Below are positions 62,420-64,000 of a stretch of DNA of 64,000 nucleotides, one piece after another. This DNA is from Negaprion brevirostris (lineage: Eukaryota). The stretch's first letter is position 1; each line of letters opens with the position of its first letter. The position numbers and the translations under genes were made by a program. Where the stretch lies: contig JARDVH010000146.1 of NCBI GenBank assembly GCA_030324005.1, forward strand, positions 27,243,952-27,307,951. The letters are read 5' to 3'. Below the pieces are notes generated by a model. That model searched no databases, was not told where the DNA came from, and saw nothing but the letters and a program-made list of their open reading frames with translations.

Positions 62420-62758
62420 CAGAATCCCTACATTGCAGAAGAGGCCATTCAACACATCAAGTCCGCACCGATCTATAACCCAGTCTCTTGACCAATTCCT
62501 CTTTCCTGCAACCCCACATATTTATCATGGCTAATCCATCTAACCTACACATCTTGGGTTAATAAGAGGCAATTTAGTGTGGCCAATCCCACCTAGTCTG
62601 CACATCTTTGGAATATGGGAGGAAACCAGAGCACCCAGAGCAATCCCATGCAGAAACTGGGAGAACGTGCAAACTCCACACAGATAGTGACCCAAGGCCA
62701 GATTCGAACCCGGGTCCCTGGCGCTGTAAGGCAGCAGTGCTAACCACTGTGCCACCGG
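62420..62758 (-). mobile_element. HE1-type V-SINE
   Basis: Head GGTGGCACAGTGGTTAGCACTGCTGCC, B box GGTTCGAATC; CR1-type tail. Confidence 0.9.
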
Positions 62759-62769
62759 TCATTGCACCA

Positions 62770-62970
62770 GCCCCAGAAATGGCTTCACGCACATTGGACA
62801 ACCAAAGGTTTGGCCAGTCCTGAATTGTTTGGGAAACAGTCCAGTTCTCCCTGCGCTCCAACCTAACAGCCTTGATCTCATCGTCCCACCTCCGCTCCCC
62901 TGGGCACCGTTAGATTGCCCTGCCCATCTGCTCATTCCAGCATTGGCTGCCTCACATCCTAGCCTAGATC
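62770..62970 (-). mobile_element. RTE-like LINE C-terminal fragment
   Basis: Minus-strand RWAG and (R)RRWDDEIK motifs, frameshifted. Confidence 0.45.
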
Positions 62971-63503
62971 CCAGAAAGTCTATGAGGAATGCCGTTGAAG
63001 GCACTTTTTTCAAGAAAGAGGGCTTGACAAAGTGCAAAATCTATACACAAGATTGGAAAAAGAGTCCTCGGAAAGATGTTGAAAATTGCGATAAATTTAA
63101 ATGAGGCTGAATTGGAGCCACATTCAACTGAGTCATTCTTTCAAAAAACTCTGTTATTCCCCCCATGAGAAATTCAACTCTTACATTTCAATCAGCAACT
63201 AGCCTGAGATTTCAGTAACCCAATACCTCATTGTTCTCCTCTACAGCAGCTAATAGTTTTAACAATCCATACCTTCACAGTGTAGCTATAAATCTGATGA
63301 GGGAACCTGTCAGAATGTGAACAGAAATAATATCCGGGGATGTGAAACTTGACGACACGAGGGCTGGTTGAAGTGAATAGCAGAGATGTGTTAAAGGGAA
63401 AGCGGGTTAACATGAGGGAGAAAGGAATTGAAGGATATGTTGCTGGGATGAGATGAGGAGGAGTTAAACCGATAAACTTCCAGGATATCTATCTATCTAC
63501 CTA

Positions 63504-63826
63504 GGGGCGGCCCGGTGGCACATTGGTGAGCACCGCTGCCTCACAGTGTCAGGGAACAGAGTTTGATTGCCGGCTTGGGCCACTGTCTGTGCGGAGTCTG
63601 CGTGTTCTCCCCGTGTCTTCACGGGTTTCCTCCGGGTGCTCCGGTTTCCTCCCACAGTCCAAAAGTTGTGAGGATTAGGTGGATTGGCCATGCTAAACTG
63701 CCTATCAGTGTCAGGGGGACCAGCTAGGGTAAATACATGGGGATAGGGCCTGGGTGGGATTGTGGTCAGTGCAGTACTGATGGGCTGAATGGCCTCCTTC
63801 TGCACTGTAGGATTCTACGGCTTCTA
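63504..63826 (+). mobile_element. HE1-type V-SINE (relatively young, CpGs retained)
   Basis: GGGGCGGCCCGGTGGCACATTGGTGAGC head; TTTCCTCCGGGTGCTCCGGTTTCCTCCCACAGTCC core; tail GGGCTGAATGGCCTCCTTCTGCACTGTAGGATTCTA. Confidence 0.92.
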
Positions 63827-64000
63827 TACCCAAAGATCCTACATTAGCAGGTTTCTGTTTATATGCTCATATATTCCTATCGCCAATTTCATGGATCTAA
63901 TTAATATATGGAATCTCTTCTTCAACCCTGCTCTGTGCGGGGTCAGTAGGAGTCTTTCTCTCTCTCCCTCCTCCCGTGTCTCTGTTACTCTTCCCCTTTT

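Noticed and set aside
1-64000. CRISPR arrays, operons or prokaryotic defence systems
   Set aside because: No regularly spaced repeat-spacer array or dense coding; the sequence is vertebrate repeat-rich DNA.

Overview
Eukaryotic, vertebrate-type genomic DNA from a gapped draft assembly with many N runs. The repeat content (HE1/V-SINE-type SINEs, CR1 and Rex1/Babar LINEs, Penelope-like termini) points to a cartilaginous fish, most likely a shark; this is inference from repeat families, not a database match. The window is intronic or intergenic and dominated by decayed, often nested transposable elements: CR1, Rex1/Babar, Vingi/Ingi and RTE-like LINEs, two Gypsy internal relics, solo LTRs, PIF/Harbinger-like elements and many tRNA-derived SINEs. 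No intact or recognisable host protein-coding gene, tRNA, rRNA or CRISPR array is supported; only weak splice-signal exon candidates exist. The most interesting signals are: (1) a minimal type-I hammerhead ribozyme fold at 54425-54462 inside a ~270-bp non-coding element with a second, inverted copy at 51453-51718, plus decayed hammerhead cores in two other Penelope-like families; (2) local template-switch or inverted-duplication structures at 341-376, 31157-31267 and 42005-43037; (3) a solo LTR with perfect TSD carrying CCAAT, TATA, Kozak ATG and a splice donor; (4) SINE tail swapping and SINE-LINE tail sharing. Most repeat boundaries are approximate, and all family assignments were made by eye.
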